DNA of 55,949 bases from Alphaproteobacteria bacterium (GTDB taxonomy: Bacteria; Pseudomonadota; Alphaproteobacteria; RF32; CAG-239): positions 1 to 55,949 of the forward strand of contig JAEEYV010000061.1 of NCBI GenBank assembly GCA_016288295.1. Direction: 5' to 3'. Below are positions 39,024 to 47,398 of the stretch, one piece after another. The notes under the pieces are model-generated. The model was given only the letters and a program-made list of their open reading frames with translations. It did not search any database and was not told the DNA's origin. The translations under genes were made by a program, and so were the position numbers. Every line of letters starts with the position of its first letter. Position 1 is the stretch's first letter.

Positions 39024-39422
39024 ATGAAGGAAACAACAGTTCTACAATTGTTCAGTCTTGGCGTGTACGACTTTACAGTAACTAACGTGCTTGAGACAAC
39101 CAAACTCGCGAGTGCTCACAAAATCGCCTTAAACAATAAGAAATGCTTTGCATACAAAGTATACAAAATTAGGGTTGCAGACAATGGGCAACGTGTAGGT
39201 AAACCTGAGATTATCAAATCAGTTGTCATTGGCAAACGGTACACCCGTGAAGAAATTCAAAAGTTGGCAGAAAAAGATCCGTTTGACTTGAGGAGCCAAG
39301 CCATCATCAGTCTCATGAGCGAGAAACAGCTCTCTAACATTGTTATCACTCGAACTGGAAATTATCTCGTCCCCGAGGTTGGTACAGTAGTGTTTGATCA
39401 CACCAAGCCCCCAATCTCGTGA
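39024..39422 (+). CDS. Hypothetical protein (132 aa)
   Basis: Clean ORF followed by the hairpin at 39442-39481. No Shine-Dalgarno and no recognisable motif. Confidence 0.45.
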   Translation: MKETTVLQLFSLGVYDFTVTNVLETTKLASAHKIALNNKKCFAYKVYKIRVADNGQRVGKPEIIKSVVIGKRYTREEIQKLAEKDPFDLRSQAIISLMSEKQLSNIVITRTGNYLVPEVGTVVFDHTKPPIS

Positions 39423-39441
39423 ATTCGATGTTCCTATCAAC

Positions 39442-39481
39442 AAAACACCCCGAAGCCTGAACAAGACCTCGGGGTGTTTTG
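39442..39481 (+). terminator. 12-bp stem hairpin after ORF 39024-39422
   Basis: aaaacaccccga-(15 nt loop)-tcggggtgtttt. The T-run is part of the 3' arm. Confidence 0.5.
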
Positions 39482-39505
39482 TTATACTGACACAAACAAA
39501 ATGCA

Positions 39506-39535
39506 CATAGGCGTAGGATTGCTCCTACGCCTATG
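39506..39535 (-). terminator. Perfect 13-bp stem terminator abutting the stop of the 63-aa ORF
   Basis: cataggcgtagga-ttgc-tcctacgcctatg, starting 1 nt after the stop codon (39537-39539). A U-rich tract follows on the minus strand. Confidence 0.65.
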
Positions 39536-39536
39536 T

Positions 39537-39728
39537 TTAAGATTTTGTGACTTCCGTCACAAGGGTTCCTTCAAGCGTTATGGTTATAACGTCGCCCTTC
39601 TTGGGTACTTCCTCAGAGAACTCATAGCAAAAGCCAAAGTCCTCTGCATTGGCCAGTTTAACCCTAAGTTCATACCAGCCATCCCCCAAGGGATTTATTT
39701 CTTGAATTGTAACAATCTTAGTTTTCAT
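39537..39728 (-). CDS. Small hypothetical protein (63 aa)
   Basis: Has its own sigma70-like promoter (39762-39790) and its own strong terminator. Higher G+C than the flanks. No Shine-Dalgarno and no motif recognised. Confidence 0.5.
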   Translation of the reverse strand: MKTKIVTIQEINPLGDGWYELRVKLANAEDFGFCYEFSEEVPKKGDVITITLEGTLVTEVTKS

Positions 39729-39761
39729 ATTGTAATTTTTTAATAATTATGCTCACAAACC

Positions 39762-39790
39762 AATATAACCATTTTTTGTATTTTTGTCAA
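39762..39790 (-). promoter_or_regulatory. Sigma70-type promoter for the 63-aa ORF
   Basis: The minus strand reads TTGACA (39790-39785), a 17-nt spacer, then TATATT (39767-39762). The -10 element is about 34 nt upstream of the ATG. Confidence 0.45.
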
Positions 39791-40090
39791 CAAAAATTTG
39801 TGAATTTCATCTATTTAAAAATTAATAAATTTTAACGATTTTTGTTGTTTTGGCCTCAAAAATGTGATATATTGACAAATGAAACAATATTAAAGAGATT
39901 ATTATTATGATTTCTTACCGCGCTTAGGCCAGATGTTAGGTAAACAACAACATACTAACAATATTCCACTAAAACAAGGGTTTTGGCCGGAGCATACAGG
40001 AGATTTAACATTTTTATTTTTTCTGGCGGTTTGTTTCTTCAGCGATATATTTAATGCTCGATTATCGCTGAAAATAATTCCTAGAACAAT

Positions 40091-40558
40091 ATGGAAAAGA
40101 ACATGAGCAACAACAGCGAGATTATGGTCGTAACAACTACAAAGCGTGGTTTCGTGGCTGTGTGGGAATGTGGTGGAGGTGCCACCAATACCGGCGATGC
40201 AACGATCATTGCTAAGCCGAACGGCGAAAAGCCGACGGCTTGCTACATACGCCAATCAGGTCACCTATCTTGTGGGGATCACGCACTTATCCCGGTTCAT
40301 CCGGGATATTACGTAGTGAAAACCTGGCACCATCGCCGCGATTTTACCCACCGAGTTTATCGCATCATTCGTACCTTCACCGAGGGTGAAGGCGATGAGA
40401 AGCAGGGCAAGATCGAGGTTGTCCTCGTCAATGAATTTTCCAGGGGGGAGTGGGACACTCCTCTTGCGGAGATCCTTCAGGCAGCTATTGATGCAGCCGA
40501 GGACAAGGCTACCTGCTACCATTGCAGGTCTGCCCACTACGTCGTAACCAAAGAGTAA
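40091..40558 (+). CDS. Hypothetical protein (155 aa), Cys/His-containing
   Basis: Higher-G+C ORF ending 30 nt before terminator repeat copy 1. Contains CGDH and CYHCRSAH, possibly metal ligands. No family recognised. An alternative start is at 40103. Confidence 0.55.
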   Translation: MEKNMSNNSEIMVVTTTKRGFVAVWECGGGATNTGDATIIAKPNGEKPTACYIRQSGHLSCGDHALIPVHPGYYVVKTWHHRRDFTHRVYRIIRTFTEGEGDEKQGKIEVVLVNEFSRGEWDTPLAEILQAAIDAAEDKATCYHCRSAHYVVTKE

Positions 40559-40588
40559 TCTCGCTGAAGTAAAACAACCAGTTTTCTT

Positions 40589-40629
40589 ACCGCTTCCCTC
40601 CACATCGGGGGAGGCGGTTCTTTTTTGCC
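40589..40629 (+). terminator. Rho-independent terminator, copy 1 of an identical 41-bp repeat
   Basis: accgcttccctcc-acatc-gggggaggcggttcttttttgcc. Identical to 43432-43472. Confidence 0.7.
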
Positions 40630-40878
40630 TTTATTTGAGTTTAATTAAAACATCATTTATATCAAATCCACAAGCGCACATCAATAAGCATACCAATTAT
40701 ATAAAAGAAAGCTACCATAAAGATACTTGCTTGAGATCTTAATCATAAAACTAATTTTATTCTTGATATTCGATCAAAATAAATAATAAACAAACTTGAT
40801 TTAAAGGCTTTCTCATGCTATTATTAACACAAAAATATAGCAAAAAAATCTGCCTCATTTTTAAAGGATAAAATAATA

Positions 40879-41796
40879 ATGGACAGTACTGCACAAGAAA
40901 TAAAAGCCAAAATAACCAAAACGATTATAATCGGGTTACCTGGTGTTGGCAAGTCAACTCTTTCGGATGAACTTGCACGCATAGCAAAAGAAAAAACTGG
41001 AGTAGAAATAAAAGCCGTTTCTTCTGATATAAAGTTTCGCAATGCAAGGACAGACAGGAATAATCCGGTAGTAAAAAAGTTTATGCAAGATCACAATATT
41101 CCTGAATCTGATTTTCCGCTCTTAATTAAAACTAATGAATTCATTAAAAAATATGGAGAGCCCACTTTTAGAGATTTAGAGTCCGATGTTATATTAGATA
41201 TGCTGGCAAAAGGTGAGTTTGACGGACAGATTCCGAGTTTAGGCGGTAAAGCTATGTTGCATCCTAAAACGGCGGCTGCCTTTAAAGCAAAAGGCTACAA
41301 AGTAGTATATATAAAAACTGACTTGAGTAAAATAGTTACACATATTACAAAAGATTTTGAAGCAATGCTTGATGGTAAAATAATTACACGCTCAAACATA
41401 AATGGTCCGATTTTGGACGACTTAAAAAATGAATTTCCTGATATCGCGACAGAATCCCCAATGTCATTTGTATCGAAACGTATTGCAGATGTACGTAAAT
41501 ATGTCTCAAAGGGCTTGCAAAAAGCACCTTCTATACAAGCTAAGAAAAAAGCCGATTCTCGAAATAGGTATTTAGAGCGTATTGAAAAACGTGACCGTAA
41601 AGCTTCCGAGATTATGACAAAACTCTATATTGACAGGAATTCACTGTATGAGCAAGTTGCTGATGTATCAGTTTTTATTACAGGTAAACTTAAAGAGGAC
41701 ATTGCAATGCTGTGCCATGTAATCGGTACTGAAAATTTGTTAGCAAATAACAGTAAGTCACATCTCAAACAACCCATTGATAATGGTCGTGGATAA
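40879..41796 (+). CDS. Shikimate-kinase-like P-loop kinase with a ~130-aa C-terminal extension
   Basis: IIIGLPGVGKSTLSDELAR (Walker A), GEPTFRDLESDVILDML and SLGGKAMLHPKTAAAFKAKGYKVVYIKTD follow the AroK/CPT-family order of motifs. Confidence 0.55.
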   Translation: MDSTAQEIKAKITKTIIIGLPGVGKSTLSDELARIAKEKTGVEIKAVSSDIKFRNARTDRNNPVVKKFMQDHNIPESDFPLLIKTNEFIKKYGEPTFRDLESDVILDMLAKGEFDGQIPSLGGKAMLHPKTAAAFKAKGYKVVYIKTDLSKIVTHITKDFEAMLDGKIITRSNINGPILDDLKNEFPDIATESPMSFVSKRIADVRKYVSKGLQKAPSIQAKKKADSRNRYLERIEKRDRKASEIMTKLYIDRNSLYEQVADVSVFITGKLKEDIAMLCHVIGTENLLANNSKSHLKQPIDNGRG

Positions 41797-41812
41797 AAGG
41801 TAAACACAGAAG

Positions 41813-42673
41813 ATGACGCTATTTCAAATTGTTGTTGGCATCATATTGTTGCTATCATGGGCGGCAAGACCGATTTTATATCGTCCGGTAATAAAAATTT
41901 TTCCACCCAAAATGTCACCAGCCTTTACAAGCGTATGGCTTGTTGTAGCACTCATAGCAACTTTTCCTCTTTTAGGACATTTGCTCTATAACAATTTGCA
42001 ACTAACTTTATTTTCTCCTTTTGTCTTTATCAGTATTTATAAAGGAGCAACACTTTTTTACTTAATTGAGCTACAACAAATTGTGAACAAAGAAAGTACA
42101 TCTTCCTCTGTATTTTTGAGTTTTATTGCATTAGCACTGGGCGCACTTGCAAATAATGTGTTTTTCAATGAGGGGCTTGGTGCAATTAAAGTTTTGTGCA
42201 TTTTGGGATTTGGGGTTTTAGGTATAATCTTTTTCATCAAAGGTGATGCTAATAGACTACCCAAACGGGCAAAATTCGCTTTTGTTATTGTAACGATAAT
42301 TATGGCATCATACACGATTTCCGATCACTTGGCCATTCCCAAAATCGGATGGTATCCGCACTTGTTCATATCATCTGTTGTAATGTTTCTATTTAGCCTG
42401 GCGTACGGCATCAGCAAGCAGGATTTTAAGAATATATTTTTAAACAAGTTCATCGTCTATGCTGGAATTTGTTATGCAACGTCAGAATTCTTAGTAATTT
42501 ATGCTTCAATCAATATATTGCCGGTTTCGATTGTGGCTTTATTTTTAAGACTTTCTGTTCCCATAGTGATGATTTATTCTGCAATTCGTTATCACGAACA
42601 AAGCCTTAAAAATCAGCTCCTTTTTGGTATTTGCGCCATCCTCCTGGCTGTGCCGATTATCCTGATTAAATAA
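41813..42673 (+). CDS. Polytopic membrane protein, DMT/EamA-like transporter
   Basis: About 10 hydrophobic helices in 286 aa arranged as two similar halves. No specific motif verified. Confidence 0.5.
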   Translation: MTLFQIVVGIILLLSWAARPILYRPVIKIFPPKMSPAFTSVWLVVALIATFPLLGHLLYNNLQLTLFSPFVFISIYKGATLFYLIELQQIVNKESTSSSVFLSFIALALGALANNVFFNEGLGAIKVLCILGFGVLGIIFFIKGDANRLPKRAKFAFVIVTIIMASYTISDHLAIPKIGWYPHLFISSVVMFLFSLAYGISKQDFKNIFLNKFIVYAGICYATSEFLVIYASINILPVSIVALFLRLSVPIVMIYSAIRYHEQSLKNQLLFGICAILLAVPIILIK

Positions 42674-42732
42674 TGTAAAAGTTTATAATATGCGAAATTG
42701 CATTCTAAAACAAAAGGCTGTGGGAAAAAATT

Positions 42733-43383
42733 ATGACTAAAATTTATCTTATTCGACATGGTGAAACGATTTTTAATAAAGAACACAAAATTGCCGGTCA
42801 GATTGAAACAGATTTAACAGAACTCGGAAGACTTCAAGCCTTAGAAACCGGAAAAAAACTTCAATCCGATGGCGTAAAATTTGATGTAATTTTATGCTCT
42901 ACCTTAAAGCGAGCCAAAGATACTGCAAAAATTATTGCCCAAAATGTACCAGCCCCGATTATTTATGATGACAACTTAAAAGAATTCTCAAACGGCATTT
43001 ATGAGGGAACTAAAATTGAAGATCTTGAAAAAATCATTTTTGAACCACCATATAAAACCTCTGGTTTTGAATTCTCCAACGGCACTGATTTATACGCCGC
43101 ATATAGTTCGTTTGATCCATGTTATGACATGCTGTGTTACCCAAAAGGTGAAACCAAACGTCAAGCATGTGAACGTTTTATGTCTGCTATTAAACACTAT
43201 CTTGATACACATCATAATACCAAAAATCTATGCGTTGTTGCACACGGCGCTGTAATACGATTTATGCTCTTAAAAATTTGTCCGGACTTATTAATAGAAA
43301 AAATAAAAAATGCTGAAGTACGAATAGTTTTATATGAACATAACAAGGGTTTTTATTGCAGCAAGCAGAATAACGATTTTTAG
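42733..43383 (+). CDS. Histidine phosphatase family protein (phosphoglycerate-mutase-like)
   Basis: IYLIRHGETIFN (RHG catalytic motif), CSTLKRAKDTA and VVAHGAVIR. Confidence 0.8.
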   Translation: MTKIYLIRHGETIFNKEHKIAGQIETDLTELGRLQALETGKKLQSDGVKFDVILCSTLKRAKDTAKIIAQNVPAPIIYDDNLKEFSNGIYEGTKIEDLEKIIFEPPYKTSGFEFSNGTDLYAAYSSFDPCYDMLCYPKGETKRQACERFMSAIKHYLDTHHNTKNLCVVAHGAVIRFMLLKICPDLLIEKIKNAEVRIVLYEHNKGFYCSKQNNDF

Positions 43384-43431
43384 ATGATGCGGCTTGCATC
43401 AAAAATTAACAATACCTGGCATAATCATAAC

Positions 43432-43472
43432 ACCGCTTCCCTCCACATCGGGGGAGGCGGTTCTTTTTTGCC
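43432..43472 (+). terminator. Rho-independent terminator, copy 2 of the identical 41-bp repeat
   Basis: Base-for-base identical to 40589-40629. Lies between the convergent ORFs 42733-43383 and 43490-44716. Confidence 0.7.
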
Positions 43473-43489
43473 CAAATTCAAGCTGTTCC

Positions 43490-44716
43490 TTATTCTGACA
43501 ATTTAGAAACAATTCCGTCGGCTAGTTTTGGCTCAAACCACGTTGATTTTGGAGGCATCAGCATTTTTTTATCTGCCACGGCAATCAGCTCTGCGACTGA
43601 AGTCGGATAAACCATAAACCCGACACTTCCGGCGTGTGCATCTACAACTTTTTGAATTTCCTCTGCTCCGCGAATACCGCCGATAAAATCAATCCTTTCG
43701 TCATTACGCAAATCTTCAATTGCCAGCAGTTCTTTCAGAACTTTTTCGCTCAACAAACTGACATCCAACTGCGACACGGGATCATCCGGCATTGGCGCAC
43801 CTATATACTCCAAATTGTACCACTGCTTGTTCAAATACATTGTAAACAAACCTTTTCGGGTCGGTTTTGACATTGCAATCGGCGACAATCTGAAATTCCG
43901 CCCCAATTTTTGCAAAAATTCTTCGGTTGAATTTCCGTTCAAATCAAATACTACGCGGTTATAATCCCAAATTTTCATTTCATCTTCAAAATAAGCCACT
44001 GCCAAAAAACGTGCACTATCAGTTGTTCCGTCTTCGTTTGCCAACCTTGCGGCGGCAGCAGAGCGGTGGTGTCCGTCGGCGATATAAGCCTCATTTTGAG
44101 CACTAAAAGCCCACACAATCTGATTTATTTCATTGTCGTCATCAACAATCCATAAGCTGTGTCTGACATCATGATCTCCGACAACCGAAAAAGCATAATT
44201 TCTGGTTGTCGTGATCTTGTGCAACAACTCTTTGATTTCCGGAAGATTTTTATTAATCAGCAAAGCCGGTCCGGTTTGTGCACCAACGGTGCGAATTTGT
44301 TTTACCCGGTCGTTTTCTTTGGCCACACGCGTCAGCTCATGACGTTTAATCCGCCCTTCGTTATAGGCTTTGACAGAAGCGGCAACGACCAAACCGGTTT
44401 GCACATGGTTGCCCATAGTCATCTGATACACAAAAAAACAAGGCTTATTGGTTTTATACAATATGCCTTGCTCTAATAAATTCTTAAAATTTTCTGCAGC
44501 TTTTTGATATACACGCTCTTCATAAGGCGAAACCTCACCGTCAAAATCTATTTCAGCCTTTGAAATATGTAAAAAACTGTAAGGTTTGTGTTGAGCCTTA
44601 ATTTTTGCTTCTTCTGATGACAAAACATCATACGGAGGTGCCGCGACCTCTGCGGCATAAGAAGCTGTTGGAACCACCCCGATGAACGGAGCATAAATCA
44701 CATTATTATTCTCCAT
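43490..44716 (-). CDS. DUF1015 family protein
   Basis: The N-terminal region (VAAPPYDVLSSEEA) and the IADGHHRSAAA motif are characteristic of DUF1015. Confidence 0.8.
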   Translation of the reverse strand: MENNNVIYAPFIGVVPTASYAAEVAAPPYDVLSSEEAKIKAQHKPYSFLHISKAEIDFDGEVSPYEERVYQKAAENFKNLLEQGILYKTNKPCFFVYQMTMGNHVQTGLVVAASVKAYNEGRIKRHELTRVAKENDRVKQIRTVGAQTGPALLINKNLPEIKELLHKITTTRNYAFSVVGDHDVRHSLWIVDDDNEINQIVWAFSAQNEAYIADGHHRSAAAARLANEDGTTDSARFLAVAYFEDEMKIWDYNRVVFDLNGNSTEEFLQKLGRNFRLSPIAMSKPTRKGLFTMYLNKQWYNLEYIGAPMPDDPVSQLDVSLLSEKVLKELLAIEDLRNDERIDFIGGIRGAEEIQKVVDAHAGSVGFMVYPTSVAELIAVADKKMLMPPKSTWFEPKLADGIVSKLSE

Positions 44717-44814
44717 CTCTCTTCCTTTCGCTTAACAACGCTAACTTTATAATAAATCAACAAATTTATAAGTACAGAATTTAAATTCGTCGGTTAATTA
44801 TTTGGATGATTTAA

Positions 44815-44856
44815 AACAAATCAAGGCACGGAATTGCTTCCATGCCTTGATTTGTT
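44815..44856 (-). terminator. 17-bp stem hairpin downstream of the degraded minus-strand ORF
   Basis: aacaaatcaaggcacgg-aattgctt-ccatgccttgatttgtt. The one imperfect position is a U-G pair only on the minus strand. Confidence 0.45.
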
Positions 44857-44865
44857 AAAGGATAA

Positions 44866-45199
44866 TCACTTGGTGCGTTTGGGCGGATTCCCCTTGTGAA
44901 AACCGCGCTTGCGCCATTGGCGTACTCCGTTGAGGTCAAAACCAATGATTTGCAAGTCTACTGTATATAACAAAAGCTCGTCCCCAACTTTGGGAGCGGT
45001 TTTGAACTTACTTTTTTCAAGACTGCACCACCACCATCCCAACCAATTCCATAAAAACCTACTTCGGGTTTTAGTTCACCCACATCCTTGATTATACACA
45101 ATTCTGTGTCAACATTACTTCCTTCATATCGCATAATAATCAATGCCACGCCACTCTTGCGAGCAGATATACGTAGCCTTCTATGTTAATAATAGTCAT
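44866..45199 (-). pseudogene. Possible frameshifted small gene (higher-G+C patch)
   Basis: Three consecutive minus-strand frames are open. Frame A: MTIINIEGYVYLLARVAWH*. Frame B is track ORF 44958-45149. Frame C: ...SKFKTAPKVGDELLLYTVDLQIIGFDLNGVRQWRKRGFHKGNPPKRTK*, ending at 44866. Frames B and C overlap across an A6 homopolymer (45012-45017). Confidence 0.3.
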
Positions 45200-45344
45200 T
45201 GTAATTCTAAAACATTTACACTATATCATATATTTTTGTCCAAATCAACAAAAAAATCACTACCGTCATTTTCCGATTTTTATACCAACCTCAAGAACAT
45301 TTTGCTCGTTCTGCCATTCATAGGTTCAAATTCTTAATATTATG

Positions 45345-45375
45345 CAGAAAGCCGGGTGTCATACCCGGCTTTCTG
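45345..45375. other. Perfect 13-bp stem / 5-nt loop hairpin without a flanking U-tract
   Basis: cagaaagccgggt-gtcat-acccggctttctg. No T-run on either strand, so it is not a classical intrinsic terminator. Confidence 0.4.
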
Positions 45376-45412
45376 AGCGAATGTCAGTCAATTACAATAT
45401 TTTTAAACATAC

Positions 45413-45458
45413 AAAAAAATCGCCATTTCTGACGATTTTTTGAATTGTGGCTGGAGTG
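45413..45458. repeat. Left att-like repeat: degenerate copy of the tRNA-Gln terminator plus the last 11 nt of tRNA-Gln
   Basis: tggctggagtg (45448-45458) equals 49503-49513, the tRNA-Gln 3' end including CCA. The preceding A7-TC...GA-T6...ATTG parallels 49467-49502. Confidence 0.45.
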
Positions 45459-45621
45459 AGCTTGCAATTCTCGAGATAAAATTTTGATTGTTTTTAACTT
45501 ATGAGTGTCAAGAAGCGGAGGTTGAATTGCCTATTTTTTTATTTAGAAACTAAGTTTTAAGGATTTTGATTTATCGTAGCCCTATAATACACATTAAGGG
45601 CATAAACATAAGGATATTGCT

Positions 45622-47397
45622 ATGATGACTGAAGATGAAGTTAGAGATTTAGCAAAGAATATTTTACATTTTATTGATGATAAAGATGTAAAAGCAGGTG
45701 TCGGACAGTTGACATCATTTAATCAACTTGGATTCAAAGGTGTTCAAGATAAACCTGATGGCTGGTACTTACCGAAAAATGTAAATGATGTTGCAATTAT
45801 TCTTGAAACAAAAAACAGTAGTATAGATGTTTCAAAACAAAATTGTGTGGATGAACTTCATAAAAATATCAAGATTGCCTTAACAAAATACAAAAAGGTT
45901 ATTGGAATTTTATATAATGGGGAAGATGTTGTTGTTTATAAGAATCTTGAACAAATAAAAACTGTTAATACCCTGCAAAACAAAGAATATTACTTAAGTT
46001 TGTTCAAAGAAAATAAAATTGATAAGCAACAAATTTATAATTTAACTAAAAAAATCAATGATAGTTTACATTTTCAGTTTGGTATTAAAAATTTGTACCA
46101 CCGAATGATTTTTACAGCTTGTGCTTTGGTTGCTGAAAGATATGGTGCACAATTAAGTAAAATTAAAGGTATGGATTATCCAACATTTCATACGACCATA
46201 CACTCAACGTTAGCAAAATCTTTGTTGGATGCAAAAAAGCAAAACCAAAAGTTAGATATTTTGCTTGAAGTTTATAGCGAAATTAAAATGAACTCTACGG
46301 AAAACCAAGAAGCTATAGATAATTTTATTGATAATATTGTAGAAATATCCGATTCTATAAATTCTGATTTTTGGAATGGTGAAGATGTTATGGCAATTTT
46401 CTTTAATGAGTTTAACCGTTATAAAGGAAAAACAGAAAGTGGACAAGTGTTTACACCAGACCATATCACTTCTTTTATGTACCGTTTAATTGATGTTGAT
46501 AAAGATGATGTTATATTAGATGCTGCTTGTGGTAGTGGTTCGTTTTTAGTAAAAGCAATGTGCAATATGATAAAAGAAGCTGGCGGTGTTAAAACCCACA
46601 AAGCAAGTGATATTAAGCAAAAACAATTATACGGCATTGAGTTTGATAGACAGATATATGCCTTGGCTTGTGCTAATATGCTTATTCATAAAGATGGTAA
46701 AACTAACCTAGAGCAGTTGGATACAAGAACAGAAACAGCTTGTGAATGGATAAAAGATAAACCAATCACAAAAGTTTTGATGAATCCGCCTTTTGAAAAT
46801 AAGTATGGTTGTATTGAAATTGTTACAAATGTTTTGAATAACGTGAAAGCAGGAACAATATGTGCTTTTATTCTACCTGATAAGAAATTAGAAAAAGTTG
46901 GCAACAAAGGTAAAAACCTACTGAAAAAGCATACACTAAAGAAAATAATTAAATTATCGGAGAAAACATTCTTTGAGGGTGTGACAACATCAGTATTTGT
47001 ATTTGAGGCAGGAAAGCCACAAAATAATGAAGAAATATTTGCGTGCTATATTGAAGAAGACGGCTTAGAAACCGTTAAAAATCAAGGACGACAAGATATT
47101 AAAGATAAATGGAAAACAATAGAAGATTATTGGATTGATATTATAAAAAAACAATCTGGACACGACACAATACAATGGCTTAAACCATCAGAAAACCTTA
47201 GTTATCAAATGCCTAAAGCAGAATTCAAAATATATGAAGAAGATTTTACAAAAACAGTAATGGATTATATGATGTTTGAACAAGGTATTGATGTTAAAGA
47301 ACTAAAAGACCGATTAATTGATAAAGTTTTATATTCCAGTGATATACAAGCTATGGACAATACAATTTCCATCAACTTAAAAACCAGAGAGGATTAA
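45622..47397 (+). CDS. Restriction-modification subunit: N-terminal PD-(D/E)XK-like domain fused to a gamma-class N6-adenine DNA methyltransferase (BcgI-A-like)
   Basis: Motif I VILDAACGSGSFL (nt 46519-46548) precedes motif IV LMNPPF (NPPF at nt 46783-46794). The N-terminus has LGFKGVQDKPDGWYLP...VAIILETKNS, that is P45-D46 ... E62-x-K64. AAGGA Shine-Dalgarno upstream. Confidence 0.7.
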   Translation: MMTEDEVRDLAKNILHFIDDKDVKAGVGQLTSFNQLGFKGVQDKPDGWYLPKNVNDVAIILETKNSSIDVSKQNCVDELHKNIKIALTKYKKVIGILYNGEDVVVYKNLEQIKTVNTLQNKEYYLSLFKENKIDKQQIYNLTKKINDSLHFQFGIKNLYHRMIFTACALVAERYGAQLSKIKGMDYPTFHTTIHSTLAKSLLDAKKQNQKLDILLEVYSEIKMNSTENQEAIDNFIDNIVEISDSINSDFWNGEDVMAIFFNEFNRYKGKTESGQVFTPDHITSFMYRLIDVDKDDVILDAACGSGSFLVKAMCNMIKEAGGVKTHKASDIKQKQLYGIEFDRQIYALACANMLIHKDGKTNLEQLDTRTETACEWIKDKPITKVLMNPPFENKYGCIEIVTNVLNNVKAGTICAFILPDKKLEKVGNKGKNLLKKHTLKKIIKLSEKTFFEGVTTSVFVFEAGKPQNNEEIFACYIEEDGLETVKNQGRQDIKDKWKTIEDYWIDIIKKQSGHDTIQWLKPSENLSYQMPKAEFKIYEEDFTKTVMDYMMFEQGIDVKELKDRLIDKVLYSSDIQAMDNTISINLKTRED

Positions 47398-47398
47398 G

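Noticed and set aside
39905-40255. A 116-aa minus-strand ORF overlapping the start of ORF 40091-40558, and a 57-codon plus-strand ORF at 39933-40106.
   Set aside because: The 116-aa ORF overlaps the better-supported, terminator-followed plus-strand gene and has a Cys/Arg-rich, low-complexity translation. The 57-codon ORF has one hydrophobic stretch but no ribosome-binding site and no other support.
45143-45337. A 64-aa plus-strand ORF and a 15-codon ORF near 45500 as a possible controller (C) protein of the RM system.
   Set aside because: There is no helix-turn-helix-like sequence and no ribosome-binding site. The 64-aa ORF overlaps the degraded minus-strand gene and is AT-rich and low-complexity.
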